A stretch of DNA of 48,321 nucleotides from Armatimonadota bacterium (GTDB lineage: Bacteria; Armatimonadota; UBA10988): the NCBI GenBank assembly GCA_016235455.1, contig JACRKZ010000002.1:1-48321 (forward strand). Direction: 5' to 3'. The stretch's first letter is position 1; every line of letters starts with the position of its first letter. A program made the position numbers and the translations under genes. The notes below the pieces were generated by a model that searched no databases, was not told the DNA's origin, and saw only the letters and a list, made by a program, of their open reading frames with translations. Below, piece by piece: positions 16,751 through 26,464 of the stretch.

Positions 16751-18058
16751 ATGGCCTTTCAAGCACCACGCGGCACCCACGATGTGCTGCCGGGCGAGGC
16801 GCCCGCCGGGCGCGACGCCGATAGCCGGCTGTTCCACACCTACAAGTGGCAGGCGCTGGAGGCCACCTTCCGCGAGGTCTGCTCACGCTTCGGCGTCGAG
16901 GAGATCCGCACGCCCATTTTCGAGGACACGGCGCTGTTCCACCGCAGCGTGGGTGAGGCCACCGACATCGTCGCCAAGGAGACCTACGACCTTGAGGACC
17001 GTGGCGGCGACAGCCTGACCTTGCGACCCGAGGGCACCGCCGGCGTCATGCGCGCCATCGTCCAGCACGGCCTGGCTGGTGGGCAGAATGTGTTGCTGCG
17101 GCTCTACTACCTCAACAGCCACTTCCGCTACGAGCGCCCGCAGCGCGGCCGCTACCGCCAGCACCACCAGGTGGGCGTCGAATACGTGGGCGCGGACGAC
17201 CCCATGGCCGACGTCGAGGTCATCGCGCTGGGCATGACCTACCTGCGTGAGGTGGGACTGGACGATGTGCGGCTGGAGATCAACAGCGTGGGCACGCCCA
17301 CCTGCCGGCCGGTCCACCGCGAGGCACTGCGCGACCACTTGCGGCCGCACCTGGCCGCCATGTCCGAGGACAGCCAGCGCCGGTTCGAGACCAACCCGCT
17401 ACGCATCCTGGACAGCAAGGACCCGCGTGACCAGGAGTTCATCGAGGGCGCGCCGGCCATGATCGACTACCTCGACGACGAGGCGGCCGAGCACTTTGCC
17501 AAGGTCCAGGCCGGCCTGGCCAACCTGGGCATCCCGTTCGTGGTCAACCGCCGGCTGGTGCGCGGGCTGGACTACTACCAGAAGACCGCCTTCGAGGTGG
17601 TCCACACCGCGCTGGGCAGCCAGAACGTCGTGCTCGGCGGCGGGCGCTACGACGGCTTGCTGTCCGCGCTCGGCGGACCGGCCGTGGGCGGTGTGGGCTT
17701 CGGCTCGGGCGTGGAGCGCGCGCTGCTCATCCTCGAGCAGCTCGAACGGCCGATCGGCGCACGGAAGCTGGCGCAGGTCTACCTGGTGGCTCGGGAGGCC
17801 GGCGAGCGAGCCACCGCACAGCGCGTGGCGAGCGAGTTGCGCGCCGCCGGGCTGCGCGTCGACTACGACCTGCAGGGCCGCAGCCAGAAGGCGCAATTGC
17901 GCGCGGCCAACAACGCGGGCTGCGGGCATGTGGTGTTCGTGCGCGACGATCTGCCCGCCGGTTGGGTGCAACTCAAGAACATGGCCGATGGCGAACAGGC
18001 CGAGCTGGCCATCGCCGACCTGGCGACACGGCTGACGACGGTCTACTTGAGCCGGTAG
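16751..18058 (+). CDS. hisS: Histidine--tRNA ligase
   Basis: PRGTHD, TPIFE, LRPEGTA, FRYERPQRGRYRQ, LVRGLDYY and GGGRYDGL. Confidence 0.97.
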   Translation: MAFQAPRGTHDVLPGEAPAGRDADSRLFHTYKWQALEATFREVCSRFGVEEIRTPIFEDTALFHRSVGEATDIVAKETYDLEDRGGDSLTLRPEGTAGVMRAIVQHGLAGGQNVLLRLYYLNSHFRYERPQRGRYRQHHQVGVEYVGADDPMADVEVIALGMTYLREVGLDDVRLEINSVGTPTCRPVHREALRDHLRPHLAAMSEDSQRRFETNPLRILDSKDPRDQEFIEGAPAMIDYLDDEAAEHFAKVQAGLANLGIPFVVNRRLVRGLDYYQKTAFEVVHTALGSQNVVLGGGRYDGLLSALGGPAVGGVGFGSGVERALLILEQLERPIGARKLAQVYLVAREAGERATAQRVASELRAAGLRVDYDLQGRSQKAQLRAANNAGCGHVVFVRDDLPAGWVQLKNMADGEQAELAIADLATRLTTVYLSR

Positions 18059-18291
18059 AAGGCGACCAGCGCCACGAACATACCGATGACCGTAGCGAAG
18101 CTGATGGACAGCGAGAAGCCGAAGGTCAGCCGGATCACCGCCAGGTCCATGCACAGCGGCGGCTCCAGCCCCATGCGCATGACGCGGGTCATCCACACGG
18201 GTGCGCCGGCGGCCGCCATCAAGCCGTTGATGATCGACCCTATGACCGCGCCGATGGCCACGATGAGCACGAGCCGCACGTTCTGGTTCAC
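18043..18291 (-). CDS. Small membrane protein, DUF4321-like
   Basis: Hydrophobic IGAVIGSII...DLAVIRLTFGFSLSIS...IG pattern. Converges on and overlaps the hisS end by 16 bp. Confidence 0.65.
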   Translation of the reverse strand: MNQNVRLVLIVAIGAVIGSIINGLMAAAGAPVWMTRVMRMGLEPPLCMDLAVIRLTFGFSLSISFATVIGMFVALVAFYRLK

Positions 18292-18379
18292 GCTTTCTCA
18301 CTCCGTCCGCGCCTGATTCGACAGCCGAGCCTGGCCAGTGGGTGCAGGTCGCAACTCGCCGCCTCGCTGGCCGGACGCA

Positions 18380-18409
18380 TTGACGATGCGCCGACTCGAC
18401 TCGTATCAT
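18380..18409 (+). promoter_or_regulatory. Sigma70-type promoter for the dehydrogenase
   Basis: TTGACG-N18-TATCAT, followed by an AGGAG RBS. Confidence 0.6.
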
Positions 18410-18436
18410 GGGCCATCTCGATAGGAGCCGTGCCCC

Positions 18437-19453
18437 TTGCGCGCCGCTGTCTACACTGGCCCCGAGCAACTCGCCGTCCTCGACGTGGCCACGCCGGCCT
18501 GCCCGGCCGGTGGCGCACTGTTGGCGGTCGAGGCCTGCGCCGTGTGCGGCACCGACGCCCGCATCTACCGCAGCGGCAACCGCGGCATCACGCCACCGCG
18601 CATCATCGGCCATGAAGTCGTCGGTCGCATCATCGCCACCGACACGGCCGCCGCGGCGGTGGGCCAGCGAGTCACCGTGGCGCCGGCCGTGGGTTGCGGG
18701 GCCTGCCGGCAATGTGCCGCCGGCCGGCCCAATCGCTGCGCGGATCTGCGCACTATCGGTTATCAGTGGGACGGCGCCTTCGCCGAGGTGCTGGCCATCC
18801 CGGCAGAGGCCGTGCGGCAAGGCAGTCTCTGTCCCGTACCCGACGCGCTGCCGGCAGAGCAGGCCTGCCTGGCCGAGCCGCTGGCCTGCTGCCTCAACGG
18901 CCAGGAACTGGTGGCCAGCGGACCGGGCGACCGCGTGGTCATCGCCGGTGCCGGGCCCATCGGCAGTTTGCACGCGCGCCTGGCCTGGTCACGTGGCGCC
19001 AGCCAGGTCATCCTGATCGAGACCAGCGCCGAGCGCCGGGCGCAGGCCGAGCGGTTGGGCCTGGGCACCGTGGTCGCCGACGACAGCGGGGTGCGCGACC
19101 TGACCGAGGGTGGCGCCGATGTGGCCATCGTGGCCGCCTCGGTGCCGGCGCTCTATGGGGCCGCGCCACGTTGGCTGGCCAAGGGCGGCCGGCTGAGTCT
19201 CTTTGCCGGTTTGCCGCCCAGCGAGACGTTGACGCCGCTGCCGGCCAACCAGATCCACTACGACGAGATCACCGTGGTCGGCGCGCACGGCTCGAGCCCA
19301 GCCCACAACCGTACCGCGTTGGCGCTGATCGTCGACGGCCGGCTGTCGGTGGCCGACCTGGTGACGAGCATCTTCCCGCTAGAGGCGTGTGTGGAGGCCA
19401 TTAGGACGACGCTGGCGGGCCAAGGCGTTAAGAATGTTGTCAGTTTGGCGTAG
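18437..19453 (+). CDS. Zinc-dependent MDR alcohol/polyol dehydrogenase
   Basis: CGTD, GHEVVG, structural zinc CGACRQC...C, AEPLAC and GAGPIG. TTG start after AGGAG. Confidence 0.9.
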   Translation: MRAAVYTGPEQLAVLDVATPACPAGGALLAVEACAVCGTDARIYRSGNRGITPPRIIGHEVVGRIIATDTAAAAVGQRVTVAPAVGCGACRQCAAGRPNRCADLRTIGYQWDGAFAEVLAIPAEAVRQGSLCPVPDALPAEQACLAEPLACCLNGQELVASGPGDRVVIAGAGPIGSLHARLAWSRGASQVILIETSAERRAQAERLGLGTVVADDSGVRDLTEGGADVAIVAASVPALYGAAPRWLAKGGRLSLFAGLPPSETLTPLPANQIHYDEITVVGAHGSSPAHNRTALALIVDGRLSVADLVTSIFPLEACVEAIRTTLAGQGVKNVVSLA

Positions 19454-19585
19454 CTAGGCGCTGGGGCAGGTAATGTAGGGCCTGCCTCGGGGTACGGGGT
19501 AAGGGCTTGGTCCGGGCAAATGCTCGGCTGAGCCGTATGAGCCATCATCATCAAGGCCGAGAGGTCACGGATAGGAGGAACAGCT

Positions 19586-20617
19586 ATGGCTGAGGCGCCG
19601 CCCAGCAACGAGGTGGTGATCCGCACCGAGAACCTCAGCAAGACCTATCGCAACGGCGCGGAGCAATTGCTCCGCATGCCGGGCGTGACGGCGCTGAGCA
19701 ATCTGAACATGGAGGTGCATCGCGGTGAGGTGTTCGCGCTGATCGGGCCCAACGGCTCGGGCAAGACGACCACCCTCAAACTGCTGATGGGCTTGATCTT
19801 CCCCACCTCCGGTGAAGTCGAGGTGTTCGGCTCGGACCCGCGCACCAGCGTCGATGTCAAGCGACGCATCGGCTTCATGCCCGACGGCCCGTACTTCTAC
19901 GGCCACCTCAACGGCTATGAACTGCTGGAGTTCTACGCGAACCTGCTGGGCATGGACCGCGCGGCGACCAAGCAGCGCGTGATGGAGCTGCTCGAGAAGC
20001 TGGAGATGACCACGCGCGCCAAGCAGCGCGTGCGCACCTACTCCAAGGGCATGCTCCAGCGCATCGGCCTGGCCCATGCGCTGCTCCAGAACCCCGAGAT
20101 CATCTTCATGGACGAGCCCACCAGCGGCCTCGACCCGGTCGGCACGGCCGATATGCACCAGATGGTGCGGCAGATGAAATCCGAGGGCAAGACGGTCTTC
20201 CTGTGCAGCCATTTCCTCACCGAGATCGAGGACCTCTGCGACCGCGTGATCCTGCTCGATCGCGGCCGCACGCTACAGTACGGCGACCTCAACTCGCTGC
20301 TGGCCGAGCCCGGCAAGATGCGGGTGCGCCTGTCGGCGGTCAGCGCCGCGGCGCGCGCCAGGCTGCTGCCCATGGGCCGGCCGCTGGCCGAGGACCAGGC
20401 CCAGGGCAACCTGGAGCTTGTCGTGGCCGACGGCACGGACACGCACAACACCATCTCGACCGCCAACGAGCTGGGCGCCCACCTGGACCTGGTGGCGCCT
20501 ATGCGACGCACGCTGGAAGAGGTGTTCATGGAGTCGATCGCGCGACAGCAGGCTGACGCGCCGTGGCAAGACGGCGACCGTGGCCTGGCCCACTTGGTCG
20601 AGCGTGAGGAGGGTTGA
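19586..20617 (+). CDS. ABC transporter ATP-binding protein (ABC-2 type)
   Basis: Walker A GPNGSGKTT, signature YSKGMLQR, Walker B FMDEPTSGLDP, and H-loop. Confidence 0.95.
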   Translation: MAEAPPSNEVVIRTENLSKTYRNGAEQLLRMPGVTALSNLNMEVHRGEVFALIGPNGSGKTTTLKLLMGLIFPTSGEVEVFGSDPRTSVDVKRRIGFMPDGPYFYGHLNGYELLEFYANLLGMDRAATKQRVMELLEKLEMTTRAKQRVRTYSKGMLQRIGLAHALLQNPEIIFMDEPTSGLDPVGTADMHQMVRQMKSEGKTVFLCSHFLTEIEDLCDRVILLDRGRTLQYGDLNSLLAEPGKMRVRLSAVSAAARARLLPMGRPLAEDQAQGNLELVVADGTDTHNTISTANELGAHLDLVAPMRRTLEEVFMESIARQQADAPWQDGDRGLAHLVEREEG

Positions 20618-21393
20618 TGATGGGTGCCATTCTGGCCATTGCCAAGGCCACCTATCGCGAGAGCATTCGCCAGCGCGTGTTGCTGGTGGTGCTGTTGCTG
20701 GGCCTGCTGCTCATTGGCGTGTCAATCGCCTTCTCCAGCCTGTCCACGGGTGAGGAGTTCCGTTTCATCGTCGACTTCGGCCTGACCGGCTTCGTCATGG
20801 TCGGCCTGGGTCTGGCATGTATTCTCGGCGGGTTCATGATCCCCGGCGAGATCGACCGGCGCATCGTGATGACGGTGCTGACCAAGCCGGTCAGCCGCTT
20901 CCAGTACCTGTTCGGCAAGTTCCTGGGCGCGGCGCTGGTCATCTTCATCGTCGACGTCCTGATGGGCATCCCGTTCATCGCCGCCTACATGTGGAAGCAT
21001 CCGCAGCACCAGTTCAACCCGGTGCTGCCGCTGGCCCTGTTCTGCATGTTCCTGCAGACCGTGGTCCTGCTGGGCGCGGCGATGCTGCTGTCGACCTTCT
21101 CGTCGTCGTCGTTCACCGTCATCGCCACGGGCTTTGTGTATGTGGTGGGCTCGGTGAACAAATACGTGGCGCAGCTCGCCGAACACGGCGACAGCCGCGT
21201 GCAGAAGCTGATCTTCGGCGTGTTGGCCAAGATCGTGCCCAACTTCCAGAACTTCGACCTGCGCCAGGCGCTGTTGGCCGAGATGCCGGTCGACTGGCAC
21301 CACATCGCGGTCGATGTGGTGGGCTACACCATCTTGTTCCTGTTCGTCGTTTTGTCGGTCGCCTGGCTGTTCTTCAGCGAGCGCGAGTTCTGA
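20617..21393 (+). CDS. ABC-2 type permease
   Basis: IAKATYRESIR and EIDRR...LTKPVSR.QYLFGKFLG, about six TM segments, ending FSEREF. Confidence 0.9.
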   Translation: MMGAILAIAKATYRESIRQRVLLVVLLLGLLLIGVSIAFSSLSTGEEFRFIVDFGLTGFVMVGLGLACILGGFMIPGEIDRRIVMTVLTKPVSRFQYLFGKFLGAALVIFIVDVLMGIPFIAAYMWKHPQHQFNPVLPLALFCMFLQTVVLLGAAMLLSTFSSSSFTVIATGFVYVVGSVNKYVAQLAEHGDSRVQKLIFGVLAKIVPNFQNFDLRQALLAEMPVDWHHIAVDVVGYTILFLFVVLSVAWLFFSEREF

Positions 21394-21409
21394 TGACGAG
21401 GGACACACT

Positions 21410-22783
21410 ATGAGCCAACGAACAGGCAAACTCATCGCCTGGGCTGTGCTCCTGATCGGCATCGTCGGGCAGTTCCCGCTGCAATCGCGGATCGATCGCT
21501 ACCGCAGCACGTTCCGCATCAGCATGTACGCCGACGCCCGACCCGAGGAACTCACCCAGGTCGAGACCAAGCTCAAGGAGATGGGCCTCAACCCGCGCCG
21601 CGGGCAGGTTCTGGACAAGACGGGCAAGCCGGCGGTGCTGTTCATCGCCGAAGTGCCCCGCGCCGAGTGGGGCGGCACGTACGAGAAGTACATCACCGCC
21701 GTACATGGCGTCGACCGCGTCGACCGTGTGGTGCCCGGCCTCAACGAGCAGGGCATTCCGCTGGACCAGGTGCAGTCGCTCAACGTGCAGGACGTAGGCA
21801 TCATCGTCATGGCGGCGCTCATCGGCGGCTTCCGCAAGAGCGCGGCCAACGTGCTGTGGCTGCAGAACGAAGAGAACTGGCATGCCGGCAAGGGCTATCG
21901 CACCGTGCCGCTGGCCAAGGCCGTCACGCTGCTCGACCCCTACTTCACCGAAGCCTGGGTCCTCACGTGCTGGCATCTGGCCTACAACATGAGCGTGGAG
22001 GCCAAGACGCCCGACGAGGCAGCCGAGTTGATCAAGACCGGCCTGGACTTCGCCAAGGGTGGCTTGCCGTGGAACTCGACACGGTTCGAGTTGTACCAGG
22101 AGATCGGCTGGACCTACTACGACAAGCTCCAGAACTACGAAATGGCCGCCGATTACCTCAAGCGCGCCGTGGGCCATCCGCACCCGACCTTCCTCGAGCG
22201 CATGATTGCCCACGCCTACGAGCGCATCCCCGATATCGACAATGCGCTCAAGTGGTACAACATCTCGCTGCGCAAGTACGGTGACAAGGACCCCGTGGCC
22301 AACGGCGCCGTGGCCACGATCACCGAGCGCTACCTCAACGCCTGGAACCTGTACAAGACCGGCGACTACAAGGGCGCGCTGGTCAAGCTGGATGCCGACT
22401 GGACGGCCGCCCTGGCGCGCGCCGACCGGCAGCCCAGCGACACCATCTACCAGCACTTCCGAGCCCGCATCTTCGAGAAGCTGGCCGAGGAGCCGGGCGC
22501 CGATCGCACCGCCATGTACCGCCAGGCTTTCGCCATCTGGCTGGACGCGGCCAAGACCAACGCCACCGACCGCCTGGCCCGGCGCCGGGTGCTCATCCTG
22601 GCGGACAACTTCCCCGAGTGGAAGTCCCAGGTGCCGGCCGGCTTCAACGACGTTGGCCTGCCCGAGAAGCGCAACGACCTCAAGCCCGAACACGGCTCGG
22701 GTCGCGCGGCGGAGCCCAAGAAGGCGCCCGACGGCGCCGAGAAGGGCCAGAAGAAGGGGCCGGACGACGGCCACGGGCACTGA
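21410..22783 (+). CDS. Membrane-anchored TPR protein associated with the ABC transporter
   Basis: N-terminal TM, GGFR..AANVLWL, LDPYF..AW...WHLAYN, and TPR-like helices (LYQEIGWTYY, MIAHAYE). Confidence 0.8.
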   Translation: MSQRTGKLIAWAVLLIGIVGQFPLQSRIDRYRSTFRISMYADARPEELTQVETKLKEMGLNPRRGQVLDKTGKPAVLFIAEVPRAEWGGTYEKYITAVHGVDRVDRVVPGLNEQGIPLDQVQSLNVQDVGIIVMAALIGGFRKSAANVLWLQNEENWHAGKGYRTVPLAKAVTLLDPYFTEAWVLTCWHLAYNMSVEAKTPDEAAELIKTGLDFAKGGLPWNSTRFELYQEIGWTYYDKLQNYEMAADYLKRAVGHPHPTFLERMIAHAYERIPDIDNALKWYNISLRKYGDKDPVANGAVATITERYLNAWNLYKTGDYKGALVKLDADWTAALARADRQPSDTIYQHFRARIFEKLAEEPGADRTAMYRQAFAIWLDAAKTNATDRLARRRVLILADNFPEWKSQVPAGFNDVGLPEKRNDLKPEHGSGRAAEPKKAPDGAEKGQKKGPDDGHGH

Positions 22784-22802
22784 TCGGCCGCCCGACCAGG
22801 CT

Positions 22803-22840
22803 CAACGGGACGCGCTTGCGGGCGCGTCCCGTTGCCTTTG
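22803..22840 (+). terminator. Intrinsic terminator-like hairpin after the ABC/TPR operon
   Basis: 13-bp perfect stem caacgggacgcgc / gcgcgtcccgttg with a short T run. Confidence 0.6.
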
Positions 22841-22884
22841 GGTTACAAGTTGGCGACTTGTGGCGTTGCGCGCCAGCCTGGCGC

Positions 22885-22912
22885 TTGACGTCGGGCCGCG
22901 TCGGTGTAGCAT
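22885..22912 (+). promoter_or_regulatory. Candidate sigma70 promoter for the K+ transport operon
   Basis: TTGACG-N16-TAGCAT about 155 nt upstream of the first trkA. Confidence 0.5.
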
Positions 22913-23068
22913 TGCGCCTGCTTGGGGTCGGCGATCTGCCGTCCCAGCCGAGTCGGCGCCATGCGGACGAGCAGCAGAATGGGTTTGGAACGAACGTCCT
23001 GACGGCGTCGCTTTTCTAGCGTGGTCCGCACAGGGCGTTTTTTCTAATGCCGACAGAGAGGCACCAAG

Positions 23069-23722
23069 ATGAAGATCGTTGTCGTGGGCTGCGGCCGCGT
23101 AGGCGCGGAGTTGGCTCATCGCTTCGTGGGCAAGGGCCACGATGTGACCGTCGTCGACCACCAGCACCAGGCGCTCGACGCCCTGTCGCCCGACTTCCGG
23201 GGCCGCATCGTCGAGGGTGAGCCGCTGGCCCAGGATACTCTGCATCGCGCCGGCGTGGCCGAGGCCGACGGCGTAGCCGTGGTCACCGACAACGACACGG
23301 TCAATGCCGTGGTCGCCCATGTCTGCAACACGGTCTACCACGTGCCGCGCGTCGTGGTGCGCAACTACGACCCGCGCCGCCTGCCTCTGTTGGAGGCCTT
23401 CAATCTGCAGGCCATCGGCTCCATCATGTGGGGCGCCCACCGCCTGGAGGAAATGCTCTACAACACCGATACCGAGACGGTCTTCTCGGCGGGCAACGGC
23501 GAGGTGGAGATCATCGAGATGGTCATCCCGCCGGCTTGGCAACAGCGCACGCTGGCCGAGCTGATCACCGGCGTCGAATGCGTGCCTGCCGCCATCACAC
23601 GCAATGGCCGGGCCGCGCTGCCCGCGGTCGGCGGCCTGCTGGAGGCCAACGACCTCCTGCACGTCAGCGCCACGCCCGACGCGGCGCGCATCCTGAGGGC
23701 CCGGCTGGGCCAGGAGGCCTGA
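23069..23722 (+). CDS. trkA: TrkA/KtrA-family RCK protein
   Basis: MKIVVVGCGRVG Rossmann motif, then RCK_N and RCK_C domains. Confidence 0.88.
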   Translation: MKIVVVGCGRVGAELAHRFVGKGHDVTVVDHQHQALDALSPDFRGRIVEGEPLAQDTLHRAGVAEADGVAVVTDNDTVNAVVAHVCNTVYHVPRVVVRNYDPRRLPLLEAFNLQAIGSIMWGAHRLEEMLYNTDTETVFSAGNGEVEIIEMVIPPAWQQRTLAELITGVECVPAAITRNGRAALPAVGGLLEANDLLHVSATPDAARILRARLGQEA

Positions 23723-23723
23723 C

Positions 23724-24413
23724 ATGAATGTGATGATTGCCGGCGGCGGCCGCACGGGCGAGCAACTGGCCGCGCTGCTCCTGGCCAACGACCACCAGGT
23801 GCGCATCATTGAGCACCGCCGCGAGATCCTCGCGCTGCTGCACCGCGAGCTGCCCACCGAGGTCGTCTACGAGGGCGACTATACCGACCCCGTGGTGCTC
23901 GAACAAGCTGGTATCTCCGGCGTCGATGTGTTCGCTGCCTGCACCGGCGACGACCACACCAACCTGGTGCTGTGCAACTACGCCAAACGCTTCTATGCCG
24001 CGCGACGGACCATTGCGCGGGTCAACAATCCGCGCAATGCGTGGCTGTTCGACGAGAAGTTCAACGTCGACTTCGCGCTCAACCAGGCGCAGATCCTCGC
24101 CAGCATGATCGAGGAGGAGATGACGCCGCACGAACTGGTCACCCTGCTCAAGCTGCAGCGCGGCAAGTACTCCCTCGTGGAGGAGACCATCGCGCCCGAC
24201 TCACCTGTGGTTGGCGAGGCCATCCGCGTGTTGCCGCTGGCCGCCGAATGCGTCATCGCCGCCATTCTGCGCAACGGTGACCTGGTCGTGCCGCGCGGCG
24301 ACACAGTGCTGCAGGCCGGCGACCAGATCCTGTCGATCACCGACCGTGAAGGCGCGGACCGGCTGGCCAGCGTGCTGTCCAACGGCGCCTGGCTCGGAGA
24401 GCGTGGCAAGTAA
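23724..24413 (+). CDS. trkA: TrkA/KtrA-family RCK protein (second copy)
   Basis: IAGGGRTG, TGDDHTNL, IARVNNPRN and VVPRGDTVLQAGD. Confidence 0.88.
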   Translation: MNVMIAGGGRTGEQLAALLLANDHQVRIIEHRREILALLHRELPTEVVYEGDYTDPVVLEQAGISGVDVFAACTGDDHTNLVLCNYAKRFYAARRTIARVNNPRNAWLFDEKFNVDFALNQAQILASMIEEEMTPHELVTLLKLQRGKYSLVEETIAPDSPVVGEAIRVLPLAAECVIAAILRNGDLVVPRGDTVLQAGDQILSITDREGADRLASVLSNGAWLGERGK

Positions 24414-24415
24414 GC

Positions 24416-26353
24416 ATGGAATCCAACTCGATGTCGACTGTGCTGCATCGACCCGGCGACCATACCCATCGCCGGAATTGGCGCACCGTCCTGGTGGGCA
24501 AGCCGCTGCCCACCGACGCGGCGCCTCACCAGACCGTCGGCAAGTTCATCGGCCTGGCCGTGTTCGCCTCCGATGCACTGTCCTCATCGGCCTACGCCAC
24601 GCAGGAGATCCTGCACATCCTGGCCGCCGCCGGCACGTCGGCCATGGCCAATGTGCTGCCCATCTCCATGGCCATTGTGGTGCTGCTGGCCATCGTCTCG
24701 CTCTCGTATGAGCAGACCATCCATGCCTACCCCAACGGCGGCGGCTCGTACATCGTCGCGCGCGACAACCTGGGCCGGCTGCCCTCGCAGATCGCCGGCG
24801 CCTCGCTGTGGACCGACTACATCCTGACCGTGGCCGTGTCCATCTCGTCAGGTGTGGCGCAGCTCACCTATGCCTTCCCTAGCCTGCTGGAGTACCGCGC
24901 TTATATCGCCATGGGGCTGGTCGTCTTGATCACCATGGTCAACCTGCGCGGGGTCAAGGAGTCAGGTGCGGCGTTCGCTCTGCCCACGTATTTCTTTGTG
25001 GCGATGATGTTGCTGACCATCGCCACCGGGCTGTACCGGTACTTCACCGGCAGCCTGCCAACCGTGCCCAATCCGCCGGCGATCGAGCATCAGGGCCAGA
25101 TGGTGAGCGTCGGTGCTTTCCTGCTGCTGCACGCCTTCTCGAGCGGCACGGCGGCGCTCACCGGCGTGGAAGCCATCTCCGACGGCATTCAGGCGTTCAA
25201 CCAACCACGGTCCCGCAACGCCGGCATCACGCTCATCTGGATGAGCTCGATTCTGGCGGTGCTGTTCCTCAGCATCTCGTTCTTCGCCTACCACATCGGC
25301 GCGGTGCCCAGCGAGGCAGAGACCGTCATCAGCCAGATCGGACGGACCATCTGGGGTGATTCGGCCGCTTACACGACGCTGATCTGGTCGACGACCGTGA
25401 TCCTGATCATGGCCGCCAACACGTCGTTCGCCGACTTTCCGCGGCTGAGTGCCTTCCTGGCGGCCGACGGCTTCCTGCCACGCCAACTGGCCTTCCGCGG
25501 CAGCCGACTGGTCTACTCGCGCGGCATCGTTACCCTCGCGCTCCTGGCCTGCCTGCTCATCTACGCCTTCGATGCCAGCGTCAACCGGCTCATCCCGCTG
25601 TACGCCATCGGCGTGTTCCTGGGCTTCACACTGTCGCAAGCCGGCATGGCCAAGCGCTGGATCAAGGCTGGCCGACTGAAGGCCGGCGAGACCGTGCAGG
25701 AACGCGGCTCAGTGCTCGCCCACGAGCCCAAGTGGCGCAGCAAGATGCTCATCAACGGGTTCGGCTCCTGCCTGACGCTCGTTGTGATGTGCATCTTCGC
25801 CATCACCAAGTTCACGACCGGCGCCTGGGTGGTGCTGGTCATCATCCCCCTGCTCGTGCTCGTCTTCTCGGCCATCAACGCGCACTACCGCGACATCGCC
25901 CGGCGACTCTCGCTGGCCAGCTATACCGCACAGCCGCGCACCCGGCGCCACCGCGTCATCGTCGCGGTCAGCGGCGTCCACGCCGGCTCGTTGCAGGCGC
26001 TGCACTACGCGCGATCCATCACCAGCGATGTCACCGCGGTCCACGTCTCCCTCGACCCCGAGGACGCGCACCGCGTCACGCAGCTCTGGGACACATGGGG
26101 GCAGGGCGTGCGCCTGGTCATGCTGGAATCGCCCTACCGCCTGTTGCTCGACCCGCTGCTCAAGTACATCAACGAGCTGCTGGTCTACCGCCAGCCCGAC
26201 GAGACCGTGACCATCGTGGTGCCGCAGTTCGTGCCCGCCAAAACCTGGCACAACCTGCTGCATACCCAGGCCGCGCTGTTCCTGCGCATGGCCTTGATGT
26301 TCAAGCGCGGCGTGGTCGTGGTCGACGTGCCCTACCAACTCGACGACAACTGA
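24416..26353 (+). CDS. APC-superfamily KimA/YdaO-like potassium transporter
   Basis: FASDALSSSAYATQEIL, AYPNGGGSY, DYILTVAVS, NLRGVKESG, ALTGVEAISDG and ANTSFADFPRL. Cytosolic C-domain with SPYR and LLHTQ. Confidence 0.85.
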   Translation: MESNSMSTVLHRPGDHTHRRNWRTVLVGKPLPTDAAPHQTVGKFIGLAVFASDALSSSAYATQEILHILAAAGTSAMANVLPISMAIVVLLAIVSLSYEQTIHAYPNGGGSYIVARDNLGRLPSQIAGASLWTDYILTVAVSISSGVAQLTYAFPSLLEYRAYIAMGLVVLITMVNLRGVKESGAAFALPTYFFVAMMLLTIATGLYRYFTGSLPTVPNPPAIEHQGQMVSVGAFLLLHAFSSGTAALTGVEAISDGIQAFNQPRSRNAGITLIWMSSILAVLFLSISFFAYHIGAVPSEAETVISQIGRTIWGDSAAYTTLIWSTTVILIMAANTSFADFPRLSAFLAADGFLPRQLAFRGSRLVYSRGIVTLALLACLLIYAFDASVNRLIPLYAIGVFLGFTLSQAGMAKRWIKAGRLKAGETVQERGSVLAHEPKWRSKMLINGFGSCLTLVVMCIFAITKFTTGAWVVLVIIPLLVLVFSAINAHYRDIARRLSLASYTAQPRTRRHRVIVAVSGVHAGSLQALHYARSITSDVTAVHVSLDPEDAHRVTQLWDTWGQGVRLVMLESPYRLLLDPLLKYINELLVYRQPDETVTIVVPQFVPAKTWHNLLHTQAALFLRMALMFKRGVVVVDVPYQLDDN

Positions 26354-26367
26354 GTCACCGCAAACAG

Positions 26368-26406
26368 CGACGCTTCCCTTCTCGCGTGCCGAAGAGGGAA
26401 GCGTCG
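26368..26406. terminator. Hairpin between convergent genes
   Basis: 12-bp perfect stem cgacgcttccct / agggaagcgtcg. Confidence 0.55.
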
Positions 26407-26464
26407 GTACGCCAGAGCCCCCTTGCCCAGGGGCGGCATCACCGTTTGGGCGCGCCTGATCCGG

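Noticed and set aside
16790-16845. Short insertion near the HisS N-terminus (GEAPAGRDADSRLFH)
   Set aside because: Small surface-loop-sized insertion with no intein or intron hallmarks; all HisRS motifs are intact.
19454-19585. Possible small RNA between the dehydrogenase and ABC genes
   Set aside because: No tRNA cloverleaf, known motif or strong stem is visible; most simply a promoter and leader region.
22913-23068. Canonical c-di-AMP (ydaO/yuaA) riboswitch
   Set aside because: The expected conserved segments (GCTGAATCC, GGGGAACC, GTCAGCTAAC-like) are not recognisable; kept only as an unclassified leader candidate.
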